Part shown: piece after piece, positions 8,862 to 17,818 of the stretch
How positions within the stretch are numbered: the first letter of the stretch is position 1
How the letters are laid out: every line of letters begins with the position of its first letter
Assembly (NCBI GenBank): GCA_016840465.1
Contig: JAEOSH010000002.1
Span: 60,001 to 92,000 of the forward strand
DNA: 32,000 bases
Source of the DNA: Candidatus Baldrarchaeum yapensis
GTDB taxonomy: Archaea > Asgardarchaeota > Baldrarchaeia > Baldrarchaeales > Baldrarchaeaceae
Reading direction: 5' to 3'
Made by a program: the position numbers and the translations under genes
Notes under the pieces: generated by a model
Databases searched by the model: none
What the model was told of the DNA's origin: nothing
The model's input: the letters and a program-made list of their open reading frames with translations, nothing else

Positions 8862-9040
8862 ACAAAATCACCTCTCCACGTATCAATCCATGGAGAAACA
8901 GACTGCAATCGCAATCTTTGCCTATATGGAGAAGTAGACTGTTTTTCTCGCGTTGCTACGATCTTGTTAGCAGTTGACTTTACAACACCTCCAACTCACA
9001 TCGGGAACCTCCGTTATTAGGAGGATGTATAAGGTAGATC

Positions 9041-9056
9041 TTTAAATAATTTTTTA
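9041..9056. promoter_or_regulatory. Putative TATA element between divergent valS and pyrH
   Basis: TTTAAATA on the plus strand. On the minus strand it reads AAAAAATTATTTAAAG (A-rich BRE-like stretch followed by TATA). Confidence 0.5.
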
Positions 9057-9123
9057 CCCTTGATGTTCGGGCATGCATACATATCCAAGGAGCAATGTAA
9101 CAGGAGAGAGTCAGGTGTGATGC

Positions 9124-9846
9124 ATGAAGAGGGTAGTGATAAAGATAGGCGGTTCTATAATCTTCCGGTCAGATGGAACCTTGAATGATGATCTGATGAG
9201 GAAGTACGCGATCGTAATTAGAGATTTATTAAAGGACGATATCTTGCCCTCTATTGTGACCGGTGGTGGCATTATGAGTAAAAAATACGTAAAATGGGCT
9301 AAAAACTTCGGCGCTAACGATGCATTATGTGATATGCTTGGAATAACGCTATCTCGCGCAAACGCCTTACTACTGATATCTGCTCTTGGAGATATTGCAT
9401 ACCCAACCGTTCCAACATCCTTAGAAGAAGCATTGAAGGCTATAGCATCGGGGAAGGTCGTAGTAATGGGAGGACTTCAACCAGGGCAATCAACAAACGC
9501 CGTAGCAGCACTTTTAGCGGAAAGTATTGGTGCTGAAATGCTGATAATCGCTACAGACGTAGATGGAATTTACAGTGCTCCGCCTGAGATGTCCGATGCA
9601 AAATTGCTTAAAAGGATTTCGCCAGGCGGGTTGCTGTCGTTAATACTCAAGCATTCGAGTTTTGAAGCGGGAAAGTACCAGTTGTTTGACCCACTTGCTG
9701 TTCTAATTATACAGAGAGCCGGAATAGTTGTGAGAGTAATCAACGGAATTGATCCCGAGAATGTAGTCAGAGTTCTTAGGGGCGAGGACATTGGTACGTT
9801 AGTACTGCCTGAAGACAAGCGATATGGTGCGGGGGGTGGGATTTGA
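9124..9846 (+). CDS. pyrH: Uridylate (UMP) kinase
   Basis: VIKIGGS, IVTGGG, GGLQPGQSTNAVAA, ATDVDGIY and GEDIGT. SD AGGTG upstream. Confidence 0.95.
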   Translation: MKRVVIKIGGSIIFRSDGTLNDDLMRKYAIVIRDLLKDDILPSIVTGGGIMSKKYVKWAKNFGANDALCDMLGITLSRANALLLISALGDIAYPTVPTSLEEALKAIASGKVVVMGGLQPGQSTNAVAALLAESIGAEMLIIATDVDGIYSAPPEMSDAKLLKRISPGGLLSLILKHSSFEAGKYQLFDPLAVLIIQRAGIVVRVINGIDPENVVRVLRGEDIGTLVLPEDKRYGAGGGI

Positions 9847-9940
9847 ACCCACGTAGGCCTACGCCAGCGGATCTTGAGTCTCGACCGGGGGTCACGTATA
9901 GCCCCGACCGCCGCCTTTGACCGGGCTCGGCCACCCCCGC
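9825..9940 (-). tRNA. tRNA-Leu(CAA) with a 28-nt non-canonical intron at 30/31, CCA encoded
   Basis: Acceptor stem GCGGGGG/CCCCCGC, then A-CCA. After intron removal the anticodon arm is GCGGA-CU CAA GA-UCCGC. Long variable arm CGUAG-GC-CUACG; T arm GUGGG UUCAAAU CCCAC. Confidence 0.95.
9880..9907 (-). other. tRNA intron (position 30/31) with a relaxed bulge-helix-bulge
   Basis: Intron UCGGGGCUAUACGUGACCCCCGGUCGAG. Central helix C25-G26-G27-C28 pairs with intron GUCG; bulges GG|U and AG|A; intron helix CGGGG/CCCCG. Confidence 0.85.
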
Positions 9941-9999
9941 ACTGCGAATGTATCTTATTATCACGGGTTAAATTAAGTTTTCTCTTGTGAAGGTGGGAT

Positions 10000-11216
<1,217 letters not shown>

Positions 11217-11220
<4 letters not shown>

Positions 11221-11765
11221 TCATCCTTTTGTTTGTTTATTCTTTTCTTCCACGCAACTTTCCTTTTTAATTCTCCCCCACATTCTGGGCAGATATTACC
11301 TGAATAATCGGAAGGATATTGTCTTTTGCAGAACGGGCAATACAATCTCCATTGGATTTCCTCTTTTATTCCCGAGTAAGCTACTGGGGTGAAATCTACA
11401 GAGAGTCTTCTTGCAACGTTCTGGATCGCGTAATCATCAGATACTATTATTGGTTCCACGTTTCTCTCTCGCTTAAGTTTAAGAGCTAGTGCTAATAATT
11501 TTATATCCGTCGCATCTAATTTCCATAAATCACCAGTGTTGCGTGCTTCACGCTTTACTATCTCCACGTATTCGTCCTCAGGTGAGAGAACCTTAACCTT
11601 TCCGGATAATATGCTTACGTCTAAGACAAACTTTGCCCTTCTTGTTTTCACCTCATCAAGTACCTCTGGAACAGTGTATTGCTCAAAATCGGCAAATTGT
11701 GGATTAAATCCTCCGATAAAAGATGATGCGTCGAGAACCAACACTTTATGCCTTTTACTTGACAT
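11217..11765 (-). CDS. nob1: Nob1 endonuclease (PIN domain plus zinc ribbon; small-subunit rRNA 3' end maturation)
   Basis: VLVLDASSFI, TVPEVLDEV, LDATDIKLLALA, SDDYAIQNVA and CPFC...CPECG. Confidence 0.9.
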
Positions 11766-12579
11766 TTACAGTACCACGCTTCAGCAAGCTAAGTATTTCT
11801 TCAATAAGCTGTGGAGTCGAGGCTGCAATAACAGACACTTTCTCTGACAGGTCTATCTTGTAATTCATCGGGCTTCCATTGCCATTTCTAATAATAGCGC
11901 CACTTTCCTCAACTATCAGTTTTGCCGCTGCAATATCGGTGACTTTTAATGCTCCCCGAACATCCACTAGTGCATCATACGCCCCGCAACCAACATAACA
12001 CAATTCGAGTGCTACAGCTCCGAGTAACCTTATTTTCTTAACGGCACTTATAAGACTCATAATTGTTGATTTGTCAGTATTATACGCGTAGAGGCATATC
12101 ATTGCATCTTTCAATGACTTCACATGGGAAGGTTTCATTTTATCCCCATTCCAGTACGCTCCCTGACCTTTTATCGCCTCAAATACGTCTCCGCTCACCA
12201 GGTCTCTCACGAAACCGTAGATGATATTATCTAGTGTATTTCCAGTCGCTATTGCTGCTGAAAAACAATAAAACGCGATACCTCTGGAGGCGTTTGACGA
12301 TCCGTCGAGCGGATCTATTAGAATCGTAAAATTCGGTTTCTTTCCTATGATGATTTCGCCGCTCTCTTCACTTAATATTCTAACATCCTTAAAATATTCT
12401 CTGATGAACGATAATGTTGTATCTTCCGCAATTTTGTCTATAAACTTTGTATATTCGCCCGCAGGATTTCTCCCAACTATCTTTCTCCCTTCGGGCCGTC
12501 CTCGCAGTTTTTTGGTACTTTTGATAACCTCATTCGATAACTCCACAAACATTTCACTTATTTTTTCCAAATCCAACAT
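11755..12579 (-). CDS. suhB: Inositol monophosphatase / FBPase family protein
   Basis: LSEESG, IDPLDGSSN, RLLGAVALELCYV and TDIAAAKLIVEESG. Confidence 0.9.
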   Translation of the reverse strand: MLDLEKISEMFVELSNEVIKSTKKLRGRPEGRKIVGRNPAGEYTKFIDKIAEDTTLSFIREYFKDVRILSEESGEIIIGKKPNFTILIDPLDGSSNASRGIAFYCFSAAIATGNTLDNIIYGFVRDLVSGDVFEAIKGQGAYWNGDKMKPSHVKSLKDAMICLYAYNTDKSTIMSLISAVKKIRLLGAVALELCYVGCGAYDALVDVRGALKVTDIAAAKLIVEESGAIIRNGNGSPMNYKIDLSEKVSVIAASTPQLIEEILSLLKRGTVNVK

Positions 12580-13288
12580 ACAGATCGCCGTGTGTTCTTC
12601 GTAATGAAATTATACGCGCCTTACATTCATGTCTCTCGGACGAGTTAATAACGTTTTTCAGGATAACATAACCTGCGAGATCCAGTACTTTTTTCGCTTT
12701 GTCTATGAGAACAGTGTCGCTTGTTGCGACTACGTCTCCTGATTCCAAAATTTCCCTATCAGGACTTTTTGAAGTCTTTGCTGTTCCTCTTATAGAATAC
12801 TCCATCAGCATTTTTCTCATCATAGCTGCAAGTTCGCCACTTCTGCTTATAGGTTCGTCTAGTATTATTGTTGCCGTTTTCGGTTGTAGTTCTTTTATTG
12901 CTAGGATCATGAGCAGAAGCGCTCTTTTTGTTGCCTCAGAAATTCTGTACTTTCGAAATACACCTGCAATGTCGCGTATAAAACCGTCATCGCATAAGAG
13001 GAGGAGCCTGCCGAGCAAAAAGCTTTCTATGGTTATTAAGACATTATATCCGTCTACTGATAACGTGTACCTTGGTAGTGTGGATGGAGAGACCTTTTTT
13101 ATAATCCTCATTCGCGCTATTCTGAACGGAAAAACTGCACGTAAGAGTATATAACGCTCATTTTCGGATAGACGATAATGTTCACTTACTATTCTTAAAG
13201 CTACATGTTGCTTATATCCTCTATGCAATAAATATCTATAATCTTTTGCAGCCTCAATAAGTCTTGCGGGTGAAAAAATTTCAGACAC
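12554..13288 (-). CDS. DUF434 domain protein with a NYN/PIN-like C-terminal domain
   Basis: EAAKDYRYLLHRGY...HYRL...R..L.R (DUF434 pattern), VDGYNVLITIES, DDGFIRD, LDEP and VATSD. GTG at 13288 has SD GGTGA 7 nt upstream. The ORF-track extension to 13471 overlaps rpl12. Confidence 0.8.
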   Translation of the reverse strand: MSEIFSPARLIEAAKDYRYLLHRGYKQHVALRIVSEHYRLSENERYILLRAVFPFRIARMRIIKKVSPSTLPRYTLSVDGYNVLITIESFLLGRLLLLCDDGFIRDIAGVFRKYRISEATKRALLLMILAIKELQPKTATIILDEPISRSGELAAMMRKMLMEYSIRGTAKTSKSPDREILESGDVVATSDTVLIDKAKKVLDLAGYVILKNVINSSERHECKARIISLRRTHGDLYVGFGKNK

Positions 13289-13328
13289 CAGTAAATCACC
13301 AAGATGAGTGGGAAAGATGAAAAATACC

Positions 13329-13646
13329 TTAACCGAATAGCGCTCCAAGCCCTGTAATCTCTTCCTCTTCCTTCTTCTCTTCTTTTTCCTTCTTTTCCTC
13401 TTCTGCCTTTGCCGGAGCTTTTTCTTCTTCAGCAGGAGCAGAAGGCGCAGTAGATGCGATGGGAGCGACAAAAGATGCGCTCTTTATGGCCTCTTCTATG
13501 TTTATCTCACCTATTGCTGCGACGAAGGCCTTTATCCTAGCAGCATCCGCCGATATGCCTGCGGCTTCGAGGACCTTTCTGAGGTTTTCTTCATTTATTT
13601 CCTTTCCGGCCCGATGCAATAGCAGTGTTGCATACACATATTCCAT
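13329..13646 (-). CDS. rpl12: Ribosomal stalk protein P1 (L12p)
   Basis: [22 protein letters not shown], an Ala-rich hinge and an acidic tail ending GLGALFG. Confidence 0.97.
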   Translation of the reverse strand: MEYVYATLLLHRAGKEINEENLRKVLEAAGISADAARIKAFVAAIGEINIEEAIKSASFVAPIASTAPSAPAEEEKAPAKAEEEKKEKEEKKEEEEITGLGALFG

Positions 13647-13667
13647 TGCATGCACACCTCCTTAACA

Positions 13668-14699
13668 TTAACCAAACAATGCACCTAACCCTGTTATTTC
13701 TTCTTCCTCTTTCTTTTCCTCTTCCTCTTTGACTTCTTCCTCCTTTATTTCTTTTTCTCTTTTAACCTCTTCGACCGGGGAAGGTGCCTCTACCGCAATC
13801 TCCTCAGGTATCAACTCGGGGTTGCGTTCCTTTATTTTCAGTGCGAGTGATCTAGCCTCCATATCGGCTTTTGCAAAGAGTTGTTGCAGAACCTCCGGAA
13901 CCGGTAGGGCTACCGATAATGCAAGACTGTAAGCTTCCATATGGGCCTTCTGGAGAAGTGCAGGCATGATTTCACTGATCGGCAGTGCTGCGTTCAAAGC
14001 CAAGTTTAGGGCTTCTTGTTCAGCTTGAGAAATCATTTCTTTGAACTTATCGATATTAGGGAGAAGATCTTCGCCCTTTAGTATTATCCCGTCATCATAT
14101 GCTGCATGCATGGTCAATCCTACGGTTATTGGTTCGATTCCCAGTCTTGAGAGAATTATGGCAACTTTTCTAGAAATCCTCTCTCCTGCTTTTACAACTA
14201 CAGTGTCTTTGGTGACCCATATGGTTCCTGATTCCACCCTAGTGGGTATCCCTAGTTCACTGAGTTCGCTTATCACAGGTCCTGGGGGTATCCCCGTGTT
14301 TCCGGCTGGAACTATAATGTCATTCGGAGCAATTTGGCCTGCCTTCGCCGGCGCGCGCATCTTGTTCTTTTCTAGAAATAAATTGAGTTTCACGGGATTC
14401 TCGTTTGTTAATATAAGTGCGGTTTGACCTCTTACTTCATCTGCAAGTTTCGATATTCCCTGTTTAAACTGTTCAGCCCTTCTTAAGGCTATCTTTATGA
14501 ATGTGTTCTTCGATACTTTAATGATCGCCTTATCTCTGAGTGCAAACCTTAATTTTTGTAATTGAGCGGCACCTATTCCTTCGATCTTAGTAATACCTAC
14601 AGCCTTGAACTTCTTAATTAGTTCCAACAACTCCCTTACCTTTTCTACTTTCCTCTTCGGAACTGGCCTGCCTTGCCGCGTTAATTCTACCTGTTGCAT
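13668..14699 (-). CDS. rplP0: Ribosomal protein P0 (uL10)
   Basis: QLQKLR, KVSKNTFIKIAL, APAKAGQIAPNDIIVPAGNTG.PPGP and an acidic tail ending GLGALFG. SD GAGGTGA supports ATG 14699. Confidence 0.97.
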   Translation of the reverse strand: MQQVELTRQGRPVPKRKVEKVRELLELIKKFKAVGITKIEGIGAAQLQKLRFALRDKAIIKVSKNTFIKIALRRAEQFKQGISKLADEVRGQTALILTNENPVKLNLFLEKNKMRAPAKAGQIAPNDIIVPAGNTGIPPGPVISELSELGIPTRVESGTIWVTKDTVVVKAGERISRKVAIILSRLGIEPITVGLTMHAAYDDGIILKGEDLLPNIDKFKEMISQAEQEALNLALNAALPISEIMPALLQKAHMEAYSLALSVALPVPEVLQQLFAKADMEARSLALKIKERNPELIPEEIAVEAPSPVEEVKREKEIKEEEVKEEEEKKEEEEITGLGALFG

Positions 14700-14704
14700 T
14701 CCTA

Positions 14705-15358
14705 TCACCTCAGCCTAACCTCCACTGTGGGACTCATCGTAAACTTCAAATGCACGGATTTGAGATGTTCACGCCCGCGCTCAAGTTTTTCTAGAACAAA
14801 ATCCACCACAGCCTTGGCGTTTTCTGCTAGTTCCCTATCATCCATGTCCTCCGTTCCCACTTTAGTATTAATTATGGGATTATTTCGCATTTTTATCTTC
14901 GTCATCCTCTGAAATCTTTCAACTATCGACTTAATGTCCGCCGTTGGTGGAATGGGAGTTGGCATTTTTCCACGTGGGCCAAGGAATCTACCTAAGATCC
15001 TACCGACAAGTGGCATAAGATCCGTTTGTGCAACGAAGAAATCAAATTGCTTAGCCAATTTCTTTATGGCTTTCTTATTACCTTCTAAAGCCACCAAATC
15101 ATCCCTTGTTATCACATGGGCATTTGTTTCTCTTTTTGCACGAAGCGCCAGATCTCCCTCTGCTATAACACAAACCTTTATTGGCTTCTTTATCGGGTGG
15201 GGGAGTACCACGTTTGCAGTGATCCTGTTCTCTGGCTTATTTAGGTCTATTCCCTTAAATGACATGAGTATTTCAAGAGATTGTTTAAATCTCCTCTTCT
15301 TATTCACTTCTCTTAGTTTCCTTATTGCCTCTAAGAAATTTTCAAGCGGTATGGACAT
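14705..15358 (-). CDS. rpl1: Ribosomal protein uL1
   Basis: KRRFKQSLE, IDLNKPENRI, LGRFLGPRGKMP and KFTMSP. Confidence 0.97.
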   Translation of the reverse strand: MSIPLENFLEAIRKLREVNKKRRFKQSLEILMSFKGIDLNKPENRITANVVLPHPIKKPIKVCVIAEGDLALRAKRETNAHVITRDDLVALEGNKKAIKKLAKQFDFFVAQTDLMPLVGRILGRFLGPRGKMPTPIPPTADIKSIVERFQRMTKIKMRNNPIINTKVGTEDMDDRELAENAKAVVDFVLEKLERGREHLKSVHLKFTMSPTVEVRLR

Positions 15359-15361
15359 CAA

Positions 15362-15850
15362 TTATTCCTCCTTTAACAGATGATCCCACAGTCCTTCATC
15401 AATTTCCTTTTGAACGACTTTCGGATGTTTGCCCTCAACAGTGACCCCCATACTAACACAGGTCCCAAGTATCGTCTTAACAGCAGCTTTTAGACTGTAC
15501 ACGAACATATCCTTCATCTTCATCTTCGCTATTTTTATCACTTGTTCCATTTTAAGGTCTCCTATAATCTCGGACCCGGTGCGCCCACTACCCTTCTCCT
15601 TCTTTAGTTCCTTCAGTATGAGTGCACTTGCTGGCGGGGTACCTATCTCTACCCAGAACTCTTTAGTCTCTTTATCCACCGTCACTTTAACTGGAACTTT
15701 CATCCCAGCAAATTCCTTTGTTAGTTCATTTATCTTCTGAACAACCTGATACAGGTTGACCCCTGTTGGGCCGAGGGCGGGACCGAGAGGAGGGCCTGCA
15801 GATGCCTTTCCTCCTTCCACTAATAACTCCACCGTTACCTTCTGGCCCAT
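15362..15850 (-). CDS. rpl11: Ribosomal protein uL11
   Basis: [36 protein letters not shown] and [12 protein letters not shown]. Confidence 0.97.
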   Translation of the reverse strand: MGQKVTVELLVEGGKASAGPPLGPALGPTGVNLYQVVQKINELTKEFAGMKVPVKVTVDKETKEFWVEIGTPPASALILKELKKEKGSGRTGSEIIGDLKMEQVIKIAKMKMKDMFVYSLKAAVKTILGTCVSMGVTVEGKHPKVVQKEIDEGLWDHLLKEE

Positions 15851-16332
15851 CACGTACCACCTCCACTTTCAGATCTGACGACTTTGATTACATCTATATG
15901 GACCCTAAGTGGTATTGGGGACGCAGATGTCAAGAGTTCCACGACGGCCTCTTCCTTATCTGTATCAACCTTAATTACTCTAGCACGCTCGCCTCTAAAT
16001 GGGCCGCTTGTTATTTCAACAATATCCCCAGATTTTATAGGTGTTATTGCTGTTTTTGGAACTAAAAATTGCTCTAATTGTTCGATCGGAATTTTTCCTA
16101 TCGCGCGTCCTTTCACATGGGGAATGCCAAATGTTATTCTCCTTATTGTCTCCTTATTATCCGCCTCTATAAAAATAAATCCTCTAATCCCATCGGGAAT
16201 CAAAATTGATGCTATGGGTTCTTTCCTCTCTCGTGCCCTTCTATAAATTATAGATGCAACTATTCGCTCCTGTCCAGCGGTCGTTCTGATCGCAAAAATT
16301 CCCATCTTTCTTCTCTCTTCGCTTTTACTCAT
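15850..16332 (-). CDS. spt5: Transcription elongation factor Spt5 (NusG)
   Basis: NGN domain (IRTTAGQE...GFIFIEA) plus KOW motif ([18 protein letters not shown]). Confidence 0.95.
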   Translation of the reverse strand: MSKSEERRKMGIFAIRTTAGQERIVASIIYRRARERKEPIASILIPDGIRGFIFIEADNKETIRRITFGIPHVKGRAIGKIPIEQLEQFLVPKTAITPIKSGDIVEITSGPFRGERARVIKVDTDKEEAVVELLTSASPIPLRVHIDVIKVVRSESGGGT

Positions 16333-16333
16333 G

Positions 16334-16516
16334 TCATACACCCGTTAAAAGAGCAAATAGTAGTCTGATCGCAAAGGCTATTAGTCCTAAGATTATCAGC
16401 CCAAGTGCGGAGATCCTTAATCCTATTTTTAACTCTTCACCCGATGGCTTTTTAGCCATTCTCAATACACGCCTTAAGTCCTCAAAGAAGCTTTTTATCT
16501 TCATCATTATCATCAC
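16334..16516 (-). CDS. secE: Protein translocase subunit SecE / Sec61-gamma
   Basis: RRVLRMAKKP..EE followed by a single TM (GLIILGLIAFAI). Exact start uncertain (16516, 16513, 16507 or 16504). Confidence 0.9.
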   Translation of the reverse strand: MMIMMKIKSFFEDLRRVLRMAKKPSGEELKIGLRISALGLIILGLIAFAIRLLFALLTGV

Positions 16517-16586
16517 GCGCCAGAGGGAAGATCGATTTGCGTGTGAGCATTCAGAATAAATTCATTACGTCTGCTGTGCCAACTCC

Positions 16587-16600
16587 CTTAAAAATTTATT
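16587..16600 (-). promoter_or_regulatory. Putative TATA box for the secE-spt5-rpl11-rpl1-P0-P1 transcript
   Basis: Minus-strand AATAAATTTTTAAG in the 124-nt ftsZ-secE gap, preceded by a T-rich tract after the ftsZ stop. Confidence 0.45.
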
Positions 16601-16640
16601 TATTAGGAAATTTACGCGATGAAAAGAAACACCAAGGATG

Positions 16641-17726
16641 CTAAAAGCCTCCGGGCAACTCGACCTCGTGTGCGTTTAGATGCTCCAGGAGTTTGACCAT
16701 GTACGAGGAATCTATACCCGATGCTATTAACGTTATTCTCACAAATCTTTCAAGTGAGGGCTCTATAATAGCACCCCACTTTATTTCTGCCTCAGGATCT
16801 ATCATCGACGATATCCTTTCTATGATTATCTGCACATCCTTAAGTGTCAGGTCCGGCCCACCTGTTATGTTTATAAGTGCACCACGCGCACCACTTATGT
16901 CAACATCCAACAGGGGGTTGTATATTACTTTCTCGACGGCCTCCGTTGACCGGTTTTCTCCTTCACTTTCTCCGACTGAAATTAGTGAGAGTCCTGCATC
17001 TTCCAATATTGTTCTCACATCGGCAAAATCAACATTTACAAGCCCTGGTTTGGTTACAAGTTCCGTAATTCCCTTTACTGCGCTTATCAATATCTCGTCT
17101 GCAAGGAGGAAAGCCTGAGAAATCGTGAGATCGGGATTTATGGACAATAATCTGTCATTTGGTATTGCAATAACCGTATCACATATCTTTACCAATTTCT
17201 TCAATCCCGACATTGCATTTAACAAGCGCTTCTTGCCCTCTACTTTAAATGGCAGTGTGCAAACAGCCACTGTTAATGCTCCTTGATCCTTCGCAGCCCT
17301 CGCAACGATGGGTGAGGCTCCCGTTCCGGTTCCACCCCCTAGGCCACACGTTATAAACACAAGATCTGCACTTACGAGTTCTTTTATTCTGTCAAAGTCT
17401 TCTAAGGCTGCAGCTTCACCTATCGACGGGTCGTTCCCGGCGCCCAATCCGCCAGTTATCTCCTTACCTATTAGCAATTTTCTATCAGCCTTTGCTGATA
17501 AGAGGTCTTGAACATCTGTGTTTATAGCAAGCGTTTCCACACCATCTATTCCCAGTTCCTTTAACCTAGTTACAGTGTTGTTTCCAGCACCTCCCACTCC
17601 AGCCACTAATATCCTAGATCGCATACTCCTCAGTATTTTCTCAAGCTCCTCATCAGAGTACCATGACCTGCTTTCCACATCTCTGCGCTCATTGGTATCA
17701 AGTAAACCCTCCGCTATGTGATCCAT
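16641..17726 (-). CDS. ftsZ: Cell division protein FtsZ (FtsZ1-type genomic context)
   Basis: GVGGAGNN, GLGAG.DP, GGGTGTG tubulin signature, LPFKVEG and T7 loop NVDFAD. SD GGGTGA supports ATG 17726. Confidence 0.97.
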   Translation of the reverse strand: MDHIAEGLLDTNERRDVESRSWYSDEELEKILRSMRSRILVAGVGGAGNNTVTRLKELGIDGVETLAINTDVQDLLSAKADRKLLIGKEITGGLGAGNDPSIGEAAALEDFDRIKELVSADLVFITCGLGGGTGTGASPIVARAAKDQGALTVAVCTLPFKVEGKKRLLNAMSGLKKLVKICDTVIAIPNDRLLSINPDLTISQAFLLADEILISAVKGITELVTKPGLVNVDFADVRTILEDAGLSLISVGESEGENRSTEAVEKVIYNPLLDVDISGARGALINITGGPDLTLKDVQIIIERISSMIDPEAEIKWGAIIEPSLERFVRITLIASGIDSSYMVKLLEHLNAHEVELPGGF

Positions 17727-17818
17727 TATGGTCACCCTCGAGAATTCAGAATAAAAAGTAGGGCGCTTCTTTTACAACTGTGTACTCTTTTGGTGATACG
17801 ATGATGAGGATCAAAATA

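Noticed and set aside
8998-9028. Stem-bulge-stem ACAUC-GGGAA-CCUCC/GGAG-GAUGU resembling an archaeal SECIS element
   Set aside because: It is not in the 3' UTR of any UGA-containing gene and no selenoprotein-like ORF is nearby; the match is only a generic GAA bulge.
13289-13471. Lys/Arg-rich N-terminal 61 residues of ORF 12554..13471 (looks like a nuclear-localisation or protamine-like tract)
   Set aside because: Mostly the alternate-frame reading of the purine-rich acidic tail of rpl12, plus the 40-nt spacer. The SD-supported GTG at 13288 gives a normal DUF434 start.
13329-13720. Identical C-terminal peptide [17 protein letters not shown] in P0 and P1
   Set aside because: A shared factor-binding tail on archaeal and eukaryotic stalk proteins is well established. 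The codons differ at many synonymous sites, so this is not a recent duplication.
16500-16556. C-box-like (GUGAUGA, AUGAUGA) and D-box-like (CUGA) motifs around the secE start; also ATGATGA at 17801
   Set aside because: The boxes are in reversed order or unpaired, no flanking stem supports a K-turn, and the motifs are explained by the SD and tandem Met codons.
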